In this document: one piece after another, positions 29,633 to 39,768 of the stretch | How the letters are laid out: each line of letters starts with the position of its first letter | How positions within the stretch are numbered: the stretch's first letter is position 1 | NCBI GenBank assembly: GCA_963727505.1 | Contig: CAVSGP010000002.1 | Location: forward strand, 64,001 to 128,000 | Direction: 5' to 3' | Length of the DNA: 64,000 nt | Origin: an uncultured Trueperaceae bacterium | GTDB lineage: Bacteria; Deinococcota; Deinococci; Deinococcales; Trueperaceae | Position numbers and translations under genes: made by a program | The notes under the pieces: generated by a model | What the model saw: only the letters and a program-made list of their open reading frames with translations | Databases searched by the model: none | What the model was told of the DNA's origin: nothing

Positions 29633-29678
29633 GTTTGTGATGCCGCCCGAGTACACGCCGCTGGACGACGTCCCATCC

Positions 29679-30440
29679 CTAGAACAGGGCCTTGACCACC
29701 CCTCCGTCCACCACCAGCGTCTGCCCGGTCACGTAGCCCGCCTGTTGCGACGCGAGGTAGGTCACCGCCGCCGCGATCTCGGCGGGCTCCGCCAGGCGCT
29801 TGGCCGGGATGCGCTCGACCAGCGCCTGTTTGGCCTGCTCGTTCTCGAACAGATCGTCGAGGCGGGCGGTGGCGGTGTAACCGGGTGCAACGTTGTTGAC
29901 CGTGACGCCATCCGCGGCGATCTCCTCCGAAAGCGTCTTCGCGAACGCGGTCACGCCCGAGCGCAGGGCGTTGGACAGGGCGAGCGTCAAGAGGGGCTGC
30001 TTGACCAGGAAGGAGGTGATGTTCACGATCCTCCCCCAGCGCTCGCGCCGCATGGCCGGCAACACTTCACGCGTCAGGCGCACCGAGGACATCAGGGTGA
30101 GCTCCACCGCGGCGGCCCACGCCTCCTCGTCGAGCTGCGTGGGCACCCCGGCGGGTGGTCCGCCGGCGTTGGCAACGAGCACCGACGGGTCCCCCAGACG
30201 ACGGCGGGTCTCGGCGGCGATCCGCTCGACCTCCGCCAGCCGGCTGACGTCCCCCTCGATCATCACCGCCTCGCCGCCGGCCTGCTCGATGCCGGCCACC
30301 GCGCGCTCGAGCGCGGCGCCGTCGCGGGCCACCAGCGCTACGCGCGCCCCCTCGGCGGCCAGGGCCTGTGCCACAGCGAAGCCGATCCCCTTCGAAGCAC
30401 CCGTCACCAACGCGATCTTGCCGTTCAGTCCGAGATCCAT
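29679..30440 (-). CDS. SDR oxidoreductase (FabG-like, atypical SNALR active-site region)
   Basis: MDLGLNGKIALVTGASKGIG, NAGGP, VDGG; leaderless TACAAT 5 nt upstream. Confidence 0.88.
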   Translation of the reverse strand: MDLGLNGKIALVTGASKGIGFAVAQALAAEGARVALVARDGAALERAVAGIEQAGGEAVMIEGDVSRLAEVERIAAETRRRLGDPSVLVANAGGPPAGVPTQLDEEAWAAAVELTLMSSVRLTREVLPAMRRERWGRIVNITSFLVKQPLLTLALSNALRSGVTAFAKTLSEEIAADGVTVNNVAPGYTATARLDDLFENEQAKQALVERIPAKRLAEPAEIAAAVTYLASQQAGYVTGQTLVVDGGVVKALF

Positions 30441-30577
30441 GCGGCATTGTAAGCGGCCCCACCCCGGTACCGCGGCGGCCGCCAAGCCCCGTTGGACACG
30501 GCCTGCAGCACACGGCCTGAAGGACACGACCCGCAGCACACGACCCGCCGGGCATGGTCCCGGCCGCGCGGCCGACT

Positions 30578-31591
30578 TCAGCGCGGTCGCAGGTCCAGCC
30601 CGCGCAGCGCTGCCAGATCGGCCACGCCTGCGCCGTGCATGGCGACGCGCAACTCGAACAGCAGGCGCTCGAGCACCGCCTCCACCGCCTCGGCCGACTC
30701 CGTGGCGGGCTCCAGCAACGGCCGCGCCACGGCGGCTGCGGAGGCGCCCAGTGCCAGGGCCTTCGCCACGTCGACGCCGCTGCGCACCCCGCCCGAGGCG
30801 ATCAAGGGGGTGCCGGGCACAGCCTGCGACACCTCGATCAGCGCGTCCACCGTAGGGATGCCCCACTCCACCAGGTCGGGGTGTCGCACCTCGCCATGGT
30901 GCGCCAGGTCCTCGACCTTGGCCCAGGACGTGCCTCCGGCGCCCGACACGTCGAACGCGGCGAACCCCACGTCGCGAACGGCGCCGGCGACGGCGCCGGA
31001 GAGACCGTGCCCGACCTCCTTGAGGATCACAGGACGCCCGACCTCCGGCACCACCTCGCCCAGACGCCGGACCAGACCCCGGAAATCGCGGTCGCCGCCC
31101 GCCTGCAGCGCCTCCTGCAGGGGATTGGTGTGGAGCGCCAGGGCGTCGGCACCGACCAGGTCGATCGCCTCGCGCAGCTTCTCGGAGCCGTAGCCGCGGT
31201 TGAGCTGCGCCACCCCGATGTTGCCGACCAGCAGGATGTCGGGCGCGTAGCGGCGCACCTGGAAGCCCGGCCGCGCGGCCGGGTCCTCCAGCATGACCCG
31301 CTGCGAGCCGAGCATCAGCCCCAGGCCGAGCCGCTGCGCGGCGATCGCGAGGTTGCGGTTGATGAGGCTGGAGAGCGCGGCCCCGCCCGTCATCGCGCCT
31401 ACCAACAGCGGCGCCGACAGCTCGCGGCCCAGGAAGGCAGTGCGCGTGTCGATCGCGTCCAGGTGCGTCTCGGGCAGGGCGCGGTAGGGCAGGTCGTAGC
31501 GCTCGAAGCCGGTGGTCCGGGTCCCATACTCGACGTCGCGCTCCAAACAGACCTCGATATGCTTGAGCTTGCGGCGGGTGAGGTCGGACAT
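30578..31591 (-). CDS. fni: Type 2 isopentenyl-diphosphate delta-isomerase
   Basis: RKLKHI, AMTGG, GSQR, HTNPLQE, KEVGHG, GAGGTSW, SGGVR. Confidence 0.93.
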   Translation of the reverse strand: MSDLTRRKLKHIEVCLERDVEYGTRTTGFERYDLPYRALPETHLDAIDTRTAFLGRELSAPLLVGAMTGGAALSSLINRNLAIAAQRLGLGLMLGSQRVMLEDPAARPGFQVRRYAPDILLVGNIGVAQLNRGYGSEKLREAIDLVGADALALHTNPLQEALQAGGDRDFRGLVRRLGEVVPEVGRPVILKEVGHGLSGAVAGAVRDVGFAAFDVSGAGGTSWAKVEDLAHHGEVRHPDLVEWGIPTVDALIEVSQAVPGTPLIASGGVRSGVDVAKALALGASAAAVARPLLEPATESAEAVEAVLERLLFELRVAMHGAGVADLAALRGLDLRPR

Positions 31592-31636
31592 CTCGTGCCC
31601 ACTCTACGGTGGCGCCTGCGGCAGCGGGGTCCGGGG

Positions 31637-31688
31637 CCCCGTACGAACATCCCGTACGAACACCCCGCACGAGCACCCCGCACGAGCG
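31637..31688. repeat. 13-bp tandem repeat x4 between divergent fni and S8 protease
   Basis: CCCCGTACGAACA TCCCGTACGAACA CCCCGCACGAGCA CCCCGCACGAGCG. Confidence 0.85.
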
Positions 31689-31739
31689 CAACGGCAACCC
31701 TCGCCGCGGAAACCACCTTCGAGCGTGTATAGTCCGGCA

Positions 31740-33542
31740 ATGCACTCCGTTCGCAACATCGCCCTGGCGCTGCTGGGGCCCGTGCTGCTGTCCCTCGCGG
31801 GCTGCGGGCTCCTCCAGACTTCGAATGATCTCACGGTGTCGCCGGCCAGCGTGACCCTCGACAGCTCTACGTCCCAGACCGTCGTCACGCTCAGCAACAC
31901 CAGCAACACCTCGACCTCCTGGACCACGACGTCGTCGGACGCTCACGTGTCCGTCAGCCCGGCCCTGGGCACCATCGCCGGCGGGAACAGCGCGGCGGTG
32001 ACGGTCTCTGTCGACAGCAACGGCCTCAGCCAGGGCCAGACCATCACGCCCACCGTCACCTTCGACTCCGGCGTCGGCAAGGCCACGCTGGACGTGAGCT
32101 TCACCATGACGGCGGGCGCCCTGGCACAGTGTGGAACGATCCCATCGACGCTGTCGCTGGCGGCCGTCGCGAGCGGCGCAGCACCGGCGTCCGCGACACC
32201 GCGCCGCACGCCGCACCCGATACCGCACCCCACGGCAGTTGCGCCCGACGGCCGGCGCTACGTCCCCGGCGAGGTATTGGTGAGCTACAACGCTGGCGCC
32301 GTGCCCCAGGGCGCGGGCGCCGCGGCCGCCGCGATTCGGCAGCTCTCGACCGACGTGCGCTCCAGCTACGGGCTTCAGCTGGTGCGGGCCGGCTCGCCCG
32401 GCGCGCCCGATCTGCTCCGGGCGAGCGACGCGGTGGCGGCGCTGGCTCGCCTGCGCGCCGACCCGCGCGTGAGCGCGGCGCAGCTCAACTACTACCTGAA
32501 GCCGATGGCGTTCACGCCCAACGACACCTACTACGGCCAGGAGTGGAACCTGCAGGAGTTCGGCCTGGAGCAGGCCTGGAGCACCGAGACCGGCGCCAGC
32601 AACCGGACCGTCATCGCCGTGATCGACACCGGCGTACAGATGAACCACCCCGACCTGCAGGCCAAGATCGTCGGCGGCTGCGACTTCTACTCCGGCGACA
32701 ACGATCCGTCGCCCGGCCCCGGCATCGACCACGGCACGCACGTAGCAGGCATCGCCGCCGCCATCGGCAACAACAACGCCGGCGTGGCCGGCGTCGCCTT
32801 CGGACCACAGGTCATGATCGAGCCGATCAAGATCTTCGACGATACCGGGTCGGGCGCCACCACCAGCATGCTGGTCGACGCCATCCGTTGGGCTGCCGGC
32901 CTGGCGGTGAGCAACACCGCCACCAACCCCAACCCCGCCGACGTCATCAACATGAGCATCGGCGTCGACGGCGCCCAGCCGCTGGTCGACCAGGCAGCCA
33001 CCGCCGCCTTCAACGCCGGTTCGCTGCTGTTGGCGTCGTCGGGCAACTACGGCCCCGGCACGCCGTACGTCAGCAACCCCGGCGTGCTGAGCCCCGCCAA
33101 CGCCCCCGACGTCATCGCTGTCGGCTCCGTCGACAGCGACCACCAGATCTCCGGCTTCTCCGCCTACAGCACCGGCGCCGGCTACGCCAACGGCGTCGAG
33201 GTGATGGCGCCGGGCGGCTTCGAGGTGTCACCGAGCTATACCGCCCCCAACTGTGCCTACAACTACTACGCGGGCACAGCGCCGGACTACGGCATCCTCA
33301 GCACCTACACCGGCAGCAACTACGGCTGCGACGTGGGCACCTCGATGGCGTCGCCCTTCGTCGCCGGGGTGGCGGCGTTGCTCAAGAGCCACACGCCGAG
33401 CCTGACGCCCACGCAGTTGCGCCAGCGGCTCGACAACACGGCGCTCTTCGAGACCGGCATGAACAGCGACGAGTACGGCTACGGGATCGTGTGCGCCGAC
33501 GTGGCGCTGGACCCGTCGAGCATCACCCAGTGCGGGCAGTAG
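31740..33542 (+). CDS. Lipoprotein S8 subtilisin-like protease with N-terminal Ig/BACON-like domain
   Basis: Lipobox LAGC; IDTG, HGTHVAG, GTSMASP; leaderless TATAGT 6 nt upstream. Confidence 0.92.
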   Translation: MHSVRNIALALLGPVLLSLAGCGLLQTSNDLTVSPASVTLDSSTSQTVVTLSNTSNTSTSWTTTSSDAHVSVSPALGTIAGGNSAAVTVSVDSNGLSQGQTITPTVTFDSGVGKATLDVSFTMTAGALAQCGTIPSTLSLAAVASGAAPASATPRRTPHPIPHPTAVAPDGRRYVPGEVLVSYNAGAVPQGAGAAAAAIRQLSTDVRSSYGLQLVRAGSPGAPDLLRASDAVAALARLRADPRVSAAQLNYYLKPMAFTPNDTYYGQEWNLQEFGLEQAWSTETGASNRTVIAVIDTGVQMNHPDLQAKIVGGCDFYSGDNDPSPGPGIDHGTHVAGIAAAIGNNNAGVAGVAFGPQVMIEPIKIFDDTGSGATTSMLVDAIRWAAGLAVSNTATNPNPADVINMSIGVDGAQPLVDQAATAAFNAGSLLLASSGNYGPGTPYVSNPGVLSPANAPDVIAVGSVDSDHQISGFSAYSTGAGYANGVEVMAPGGFEVSPSYTAPNCAYNYYAGTAPDYGILSTYTGSNYGCDVGTSMASPFVAGVAALLKSHTPSLTPTQLRQRLDNTALFETGMNSDEYGYGIVCADVALDPSSITQCGQ

Positions 33543-33615
33543 CCTAGCGCTGGCGGTGGAGACGGGTGCCTGCGCCTGGACCCCGACGCTCAGGCTCCAG
33601 GCGCAGGTAGGAGAC

Positions 33616-35610
33616 TCAGTTCTTCGCGCCCCACAACGTGCTCACCCCGCCGCGCTGCACCAGACCGGCGACGTCGCCTCCCGGCATGGGCGGCGCGAAG
33701 AAGAAGCCCTGCGCGCGGTGGCAACCGAGCGCCAGCAGCCGGTCGAACTGGGCGCGGGTCTCGACGCCCTCGGCCACGATGACGAGGTCGAGGTGACGGG
33801 CGATGCCGAGGATGGCCTCCATCATGGCGAGACCGAAGCGGGGCACGTCCTCGGGGCCACCCAGGTCCCGCACTACCTCGCGCGCGATCTTCACGGCGTC
33901 CACCGGGAGGTCGCGCAGGTAGGCGAGCGACGAGAAGCCGCGCCCGAAGTCGTCGATGGCGATGCCGACGCCCAGCCCCTGCAGGCCGCGCAGCGTGCCC
34001 TGCACGTCTTCGATCGGGCCGCGCACGATGCTCTCGCCCAGGTCGAGCTCCAGCGCTTCGGCCGGCAGGGCGGCCTGCTGCAACGCCTTGACCACCGATC
34101 CGAAGAACGACGGCTGGGCGAGTTGCAGGGCCGAGACGTTCACGCTCACCCGCAGCGCTGGCGCCAGCGTGCGCCAGCTCCCGAGCTGGCGGCAGGCTTC
34201 CTCCAGCGCCCAGCCGCCCAGCGCGACGATCACGCCGCTCTCCTCGGCCAGCGGGATGAACTCTGCAGGTGACACCACCCCGTAGCGCGGATGGGTCCAG
34301 CGCAGCAGCGCCTCCACCTGCCGCAGGGTGCCATCGTGCATGTCGAACACCGGCTGGAAGGCCAGCGAGATCTGTTCCTCGCGCAACGCGGTGCGCAGGT
34401 CGCGCTCGAGCTCCCCGCGCCGCTCCATGCTGGCGTCGATCTCCGGGCTGTAGTACTTCAGGCCGTTCTTGCCCGAGCGCTTGACCCGGTACATGGCGCT
34501 GTCGGCGTGCCGCAGCAGCGTGCGGGCGTCGACCCCGTCCTCGGGCAGGAAGGCCACCCCGATGCTCACCGTCAGACCCAGCTGCGAACCGTTGAAGCTG
34601 AACGAGCTCGACAGCGCGGTGAAGATGCGCCTGGCGATCTCGGACGCCTCGGAACGGTGGCGCAGGCCGCTGGCCACCACCACGAACTCGTCGCCCGACA
34701 TGCGCGCCACCAGGTCCCCGTCGCGCATGGCGCCCGAGAGCCTCTCCGCCACCAGCCTGAGGAGTGCGTCCCCGGCCTCGTGCCCGAGGGTGTCGTTGAT
34801 CACCTTGAACCCGTCCAGATCGAGGAACAGCACGGCGGCGCTGGCGTCCTCACTGGCGTCGATCAACGCCTCCAGATCGGTCTCCAGAGCCCGCCGGTTG
34901 GGGAGCCCCGTCAGCAGGTCCTGCCGCGCGAAACGCTGCGCGAGTTGCCGCTCCGTGCTGGCCCTGGCGTAGGCCTCCTTGAGACCGATCAGCACGAAGG
35001 TCAGCGCGAGCTGCACGCTGTTGGCGAGATTCATCTCGGACAGCGCGTAGACCAGGCCCCAGCGGTTGCCGTGCAGGGCCGGGATGACAGCGAACGTCAA
35101 CGACATGAGGAACACGGCGCCCGTGAACAACGTCGCCAGGATCCGACCGCCGCGACCGTCGGGCAACAGGAACGACAGCATGTACACGGCCGGGATCCAG
35201 AAGAAGGTCTCGGTCATCTCGCGCTGCGGGTCGAGGCCGGCCGGAAGCGCGAACAGCAGCAGCGCGAGCTTGGCGACGAAGAAGGCTCCCATGCCCGCGA
35301 TCGCCGTCGTGATCGCCGCGCGGAGCGTTGCCGGCCAGAGCAGGACCAGCAGCTCCAGCACCACCATACCGGCGGCCATGGCGGGGTAGCTGATGGTGTC
35401 GAAGGGGGTGGGCTGCCCACCGGGACCCTCGAAGAGCATCCCCAGCACCAGGGCCAGGATCCCGAACGGCAGCACCAGCAGGAACACGCGCCGCCATAGC
35501 GCATGGAACGCATCGGCGGCTCCATCGGGCTCGCGTGACCCGCCGCCCCCGAGCATCTTGCTCCCGCCCAGCAGCAGGAGCGACATCGGGAGGTCGCCGG
35601 ACTCGTTCAT
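33616..35610 (-). CDS. Membrane-anchored GGDEF-EAL protein
   Basis: About 6 TM segments; DLLTGLPNR, DLDGFKVIND, SGDEF; EALLRW, DDFG, EGVE. Confidence 0.88.
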   Translation of the reverse strand: MNESGDLPMSLLLLGGSKMLGGGGSREPDGAADAFHALWRRVFLLVLPFGILALVLGMLFEGPGGQPTPFDTISYPAMAAGMVVLELLVLLWPATLRAAITTAIAGMGAFFVAKLALLLFALPAGLDPQREMTETFFWIPAVYMLSFLLPDGRGGRILATLFTGAVFLMSLTFAVIPALHGNRWGLVYALSEMNLANSVQLALTFVLIGLKEAYARASTERQLAQRFARQDLLTGLPNRRALETDLEALIDASEDASAAVLFLDLDGFKVINDTLGHEAGDALLRLVAERLSGAMRDGDLVARMSGDEFVVVASGLRHRSEASEIARRIFTALSSSFSFNGSQLGLTVSIGVAFLPEDGVDARTLLRHADSAMYRVKRSGKNGLKYYSPEIDASMERRGELERDLRTALREEQISLAFQPVFDMHDGTLRQVEALLRWTHPRYGVVSPAEFIPLAEESGVIVALGGWALEEACRQLGSWRTLAPALRVSVNVSALQLAQPSFFGSVVKALQQAALPAEALELDLGESIVRGPIEDVQGTLRGLQGLGVGIAIDDFGRGFSSLAYLRDLPVDAVKIAREVVRDLGGPEDVPRFGLAMMEAILGIARHLDLVIVAEGVETRAQFDRLLALGCHRAQGFFFAPPMPGGDVAGLVQRGGVSTLWGAKN

Positions 35611-35743
35611 GGCTCGACCGTACGAGAACGGCGCTAACCCAAGCCTTACTCCTCTGTCACGGCGTTCTTACCCGGGCCCACGGGCGCAGCCCGCAGTTGC
35701 ACCCGCCCCGGCGCCCTTCTCGTCCGCACGGGCGGACGCATCC

Positions 35744-37315
35744 TCAGTGCAGCGCACCCGCGCTGGTAACGATGGCCGTGACCAGCGCCACCCCCATCAG
35801 CGCCACGCCGATGGCGCCTGCGGCGCGCCCGATGCGCCGATCGGCGGGCAGCCCCTGCCGGATGAATCCCCACAGCAGGCCCCCCACAACGCCGCCCGCG
35901 TGCCCCCACAGCGACACGTTGGGAACGGCCACCGAGAACAGCGCGATCAGCACCATCCACTGGATGAGGCCGCGCAGCAGCATGCGGTCACTCGGCGCCG
36001 GCGACCGCAGCACATCGGCCAACAGGGCGCCGGCGATGCCCAGGATGCCACCCGAAGCGCCGACCAGCAGCAGCGGTTGGTGCGCCTGGGCCAGGCTCGT
36101 GAGGTAGGCGCCCGCGATCGTCCCCATCACGAAGGCGGCCAGCAGGTTGCCCCAGCCGCGCCGCAGCTCGTAGATGCGCCCCAGATCGACCAGGACCCAT
36201 ACGTTGAACCCGATGTGCACCAGGTTGGCGTGGAGGAAGGCGTACGTTAGCAGGCGCCACCAGGCGTGCTCGCCGGGCACGCCCGGGATGTTGAGCATGA
36301 ACGCAGCCGTGAACGAGCTGAGGTGCAGGGTCTGCGCTCCGACCCGAACGGCGCCGATCAGGCGGTCGACCAGGTTCTGCGCGATGTAGGCCAGCACGAG
36401 CGCGCCCGCCAGCGACAAGGTGGCGACCGGCACGCCGGTGCGCCGCGCCAGCGGCGGCGGTTCGACACCGAGCGCCCGGAGCTTCTCTGCATAACGCCCG
36501 GTCAGCCCCGGCGGGGCCGATTCGTAGGCATGGGTGTAGAGCGTCACCGCGGCGTCACGCTGCAGGCCGCGTTCGGCCGCCCGCGCCAGGATGGCGTAGA
36601 GGGTAGAGGGGTGCACGCCGACAAGCGGCTGCTGCAGGTCCTCGCGGACCTTCTCGAAGGCGCCGTCCTCGGCGTCGCAGCGTGCCTCGCTGACCACCAC
36701 GCTCCGGAAGCCGATGGGCCCGCGCGGACCCGCCTCCCAGCGCCGGCGCAACTCCTCGACCTCGCTACGGGCACGATCGCCGTGCCCCAGCGCCAGCAGC
36801 GCCTGGATGCGGGCGGACGCCGCCAGGAAGGCGTTGTCGCCGTCGCGAGGCAGCTCTTCGAGCTGCAAGATGGCGTCCCAGTCCTCCTGCAGCACATACG
36901 CCTGGAGCAGGAGCAGCGTGTCGTGGTGGGGCGCCAGTCGCAACGCTGCGGCGGCGTCGCCCTGCTGCAACGCGGCCTGCGCGAGCAGACGTCGCACCGC
37001 GCCTCGCCCCTCGGTCGTCCAGTACAGCGCGTCGGCGAGGACTCCTGCCGCCCGGTAGCGCCGGTTGCGTGCCAGCGCCACCAGCAACAGCGGGCCGAAG
37101 ACGTACACCGGACCGACCACGAGCGCGATGTCGCGCAAGACCGCCGATACACTCAAACTGGTGAGGCCTGCCGCCGCCACCAGGCCCGCGAGCGCCGTGG
37201 CGATCAGGGTCTTGGCCGGGAACTCGCTCCATAGGGGGGCCAGCCGGGATGCCCAACGCACGGCGTAGATCCCGGCGATGGCGACGAGCAGCAGGAAGAG
37301 GGTGCTCTCGGTCAC
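35744..37315 (-). CDS. Rhomboid intramembrane protease with N-terminal TM and helical-repeat region
   Basis: WWRLLT..FLH...H..FN, GASG, GHAGG; GTG start 7 nt after TAGGGT. Confidence 0.85.
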   Translation of the reverse strand: MTESTLFLLLVAIAGIYAVRWASRLAPLWSEFPAKTLIATALAGLVAAAGLTSLSVSAVLRDIALVVGPVYVFGPLLLVALARNRRYRAAGVLADALYWTTEGRGAVRRLLAQAALQQGDAAAALRLAPHHDTLLLLQAYVLQEDWDAILQLEELPRDGDNAFLAASARIQALLALGHGDRARSEVEELRRRWEAGPRGPIGFRSVVVSEARCDAEDGAFEKVREDLQQPLVGVHPSTLYAILARAAERGLQRDAAVTLYTHAYESAPPGLTGRYAEKLRALGVEPPPLARRTGVPVATLSLAGALVLAYIAQNLVDRLIGAVRVGAQTLHLSSFTAAFMLNIPGVPGEHAWWRLLTYAFLHANLVHIGFNVWVLVDLGRIYELRRGWGNLLAAFVMGTIAGAYLTSLAQAHQPLLLVGASGGILGIAGALLADVLRSPAPSDRMLLRGLIQWMVLIALFSVAVPNVSLWGHAGGVVGGLLWGFIRQGLPADRRIGRAAGAIGVALMGVALVTAIVTSAGALH

Positions 37316-37497
37316 GCTGCCCACCCTACCCCGGCGATCGCGGTTCCCCCGCCGCGCCGAGCGCCTCAGGCGAACCGTGCGCTCATCCTCGGGGACGGTA
37401 GAATCGAAGATGTCGCACGCGTTGGGGCAGCCTTGGTGTCCCGGAACGCCCCCACTTCGCAGCCGCGCCAGGCGCGCGCCCCTTCGGAGGCATTGCC

Positions 37498-38118
37498 TTG
37501 CTCGACCTCGCGCTCTCGGCCGTATTCATGGTGATCGGATACCTGCTCGGTACGATCCCCACGGGCTACCTGGTGGCCAAGATGCGGGGCGTGGACATCC
37601 AGTCCTCCGGCTCGGGCAACATCGGCGCGACCAACGTGATGCGCACCCTCGGCGTGCTCCCCGGCATCATCGTGGTGCTCGTCGACCCCCTGAAGGGGGC
37701 GGCGGCCGTGCTGCTCCCCACCCTGCTCGGCGCCAGTAACTGGACGGTCGCGCTGACCGCGCTGGCGACGGTGCTGGGCAACAACTTCAACATCATGTTG
37801 CGCCTGCGAGGCGGCAAGGGCATCGCCACCACGGTGGGCGTGTTCTTCGTCATCAACCCGCTGGTGTCGGCGCTGTGCGTGCTCCTCGGCGTCTTCACCA
37901 TCCTGCTGAGCCGCTACGTCTCGCTGGGCTCGATGGTCGCCCTGTTCGCCGCCCCGTTGATGCTCATCGCCAGCCTGTCCTACCCCATGCCCGACCTCTA
38001 CCTGGCGATCGCGCTCGCCGCGCTGGCCACGCTGCGCCACCGCGAGAACATCCGCCGGCTCATCTCGGGCACCGAGCGGCGCCTCGGCGAGCGCGCCCAC
38101 ATCCGCCCGAAGGAGTGA
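37498..38118 (+). CDS. plsY: Glycerol-3-phosphate acyltransferase
   Basis: GSGNIGATN, GGKGIAT, HRENI motifs; GGAGG RBS. Confidence 0.95.
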   Translation: MLDLALSAVFMVIGYLLGTIPTGYLVAKMRGVDIQSSGSGNIGATNVMRTLGVLPGIIVVLVDPLKGAAAVLLPTLLGASNWTVALTALATVLGNNFNIMLRLRGGKGIATTVGVFFVINPLVSALCVLLGVFTILLSRYVSLGSMVALFAAPLMLIASLSYPMPDLYLAIALAALATLRHRENIRRLISGTERRLGERAHIRPKE

Positions 38119-38120
38119 GC

Positions 38121-38795
38121 ATGCTCGATCTGCTCGTGATCGGCCCACACCCCGACGACGCCGAGCTGGGCCTTGGCGGCACCCTCGCCCGCGCCCACGA
38201 CCTCGGGCTACAGACCGGCGTGATCGACCTCTCGCGCGGCGAGGCTGCCACCAAGGGCACGCCGGAGGAACGCGCGGCAGAGGCGGAGGCCGCCGCGCAC
38301 GTGCTGGGATTGTCCGTACGCCGCAATCTGGGCTGGCCCGACTCCCGTCTGCTCGACAGCGAAGATCGGCGCCTGCAGCTGGCACGCGAGCTGCGCGAGC
38401 TGCAGCCTCGGGTCGTCGCCGCGCCGCACGCCAACGACCGTCACCCCGACCACGTGGCGGCCGCCGGCATCGTGCCCGCCGCGGTGCATCTGGCGGGCCT
38501 GCGCAACAGCCCGCTGTCGGGTGAACCCTGGAAACCCCAGCGCCTGCTGTACTACATGGGCAACGGCCCGTTCGAGGCCAGCCTCGTGGTCGACACCAGC
38601 GACTACATCGAGATCTGGGAGGAAGCGGTGCGCTGCTACCGCAGCCAGTTCACCGGGAACGCGGCCTCGGAGACGGTCACGCCCGACATCTTCCGCACGC
38701 GGCGCGGTCGGGCCGCGTACTGGGGAACGTTCATCGGCGCGCGCTTCGGCGAGCCGCTGTGGACGCCGCGTCCGGTGGCCTTCTGGCCGCTCTGA
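38121..38795 (+). CDS. bshB1: Bacillithiol biosynthesis N-deacetylase (PIG-L family)
   Basis: PHPDDAELG.GG, GE..TKGT, DRHPDH. Confidence 0.85.
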   Translation: MLDLLVIGPHPDDAELGLGGTLARAHDLGLQTGVIDLSRGEAATKGTPEERAAEAEAAAHVLGLSVRRNLGWPDSRLLDSEDRRLQLARELRELQPRVVAAPHANDRHPDHVAAAGIVPAAVHLAGLRNSPLSGEPWKPQRLLYYMGNGPFEASLVVDTSDYIEIWEEAVRCYRSQFTGNAASETVTPDIFRTRRGRAAYWGTFIGARFGEPLWTPRPVAFWPL

Positions 38796-38835
38796 GCGCG
38801 CGCGGCGGGCACCAGCCGGCCGTGCCGGCGCGGGC

Positions 38836-39729
38836 TCAGCCGCGCACCGCCGCGGCGCGGCGGCCGGCGCGCTGCTTGGCGGCGTTCACCAGCACGATGC
38901 CGACGATGGCGACGCCGCCGCCCGCGAGCGTCAGGAGCGTCGGCACCTCGCGCAGCACCAGCCACGAGAAGAACAGGGCCGACACCGGCACCAGGTAGAG
39001 GTAGGTGGTCACGACCGTGACGGGCGCGCGCGACAGACCGAAGGCGAACAGCGAGTAGGCCAGCGCCGACGGGAAGACGCCGATGTAGGCCACGGCGGCG
39101 AGGGGAGCCGCCCCGGCCGACGCCGCGTCGCCCGCGAAGCCCGGAAGGAACAGCAGCATCGGCACGGTACCCGCCCAGGTCGCGAAGGCGGTGACCTCGA
39201 CCGCCCGGTAGCGTCCGAACATGCGGCGTTGCGAGATGGCGAAGAACGAGGTCGACACCGCCGATAGCAACACGAACAGCGCATAGGGGTTGAAGGCCAC
39301 GGGCCCACCGGCGCCGAGCGAGATGAGGGCCACGCCTGCCAGCGCGAGCAGCGACCCCAGCCACGCTCCCGCCGGCATGCGTTCGCTCAGGAACAGGTAG
39401 GCCAGCACGGCCGTGATGGCGGGCGAGGTCGCGATGATGAGGCTGCTCGCACCCGCCGGGACGCGCAACTCGCCGACCACCAGCGCCGTCTGGTAGACGG
39501 TGAACCCCAGTAGACCGAGCAGCAGGAAGTACGGCAGGTCGCGCAGCGCCGGGAAGCGCCGCAACTTGCGCAGCCACAGCACGGGCACGAAGCAGGCCGA
39601 CGCCACCAGGTGACGTGCCAGCGTCAGATGTAGCGGGCTGAGGCCGTCGAGCCCGACCTTGATCATCGGGAAGGCCGATCCCCACAGCGACACCAGCACC
39701 AGGAGAGCAGCCACGACACCGGCGGTCAT
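38836..39729 (-). CDS. EamA/DMT-family transporter
   Basis: LWGSAF, two EamA-like repeats, about 10 TM segments. Confidence 0.88.
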   Translation of the reverse strand: MTAGVVAALLVLVSLWGSAFPMIKVGLDGLSPLHLTLARHLVASACFVPVLWLRKLRRFPALRDLPYFLLLGLLGFTVYQTALVVGELRVPAGASSLIIATSPAITAVLAYLFLSERMPAGAWLGSLLALAGVALISLGAGGPVAFNPYALFVLLSAVSTSFFAISQRRMFGRYRAVEVTAFATWAGTVPMLLFLPGFAGDAASAGAAPLAAVAYIGVFPSALAYSLFAFGLSRAPVTVVTTYLYLVPVSALFFSWLVLREVPTLLTLAGGGVAIVGIVLVNAAKQRAGRRAAAVRG

Positions 39730-39768
39730 GGCGCGTACTCTATCAGGCTCAGGGGCGCGGTCGCGCCG

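Noticed and set aside
21932..31688. Short repeats as possible CRISPR arrays
   Set aside because: Units are 12-14 bp, directly tandem, without spacers, and no cas genes are present.
29679..33143. 1154-aa minus-strand ORF suggesting a giant SDR fusion
   Set aside because: Only the last 253 aa are an SDR with its own leaderless promoter; the rest is an off-frame or antisense read-through of fni and the S8 protease.
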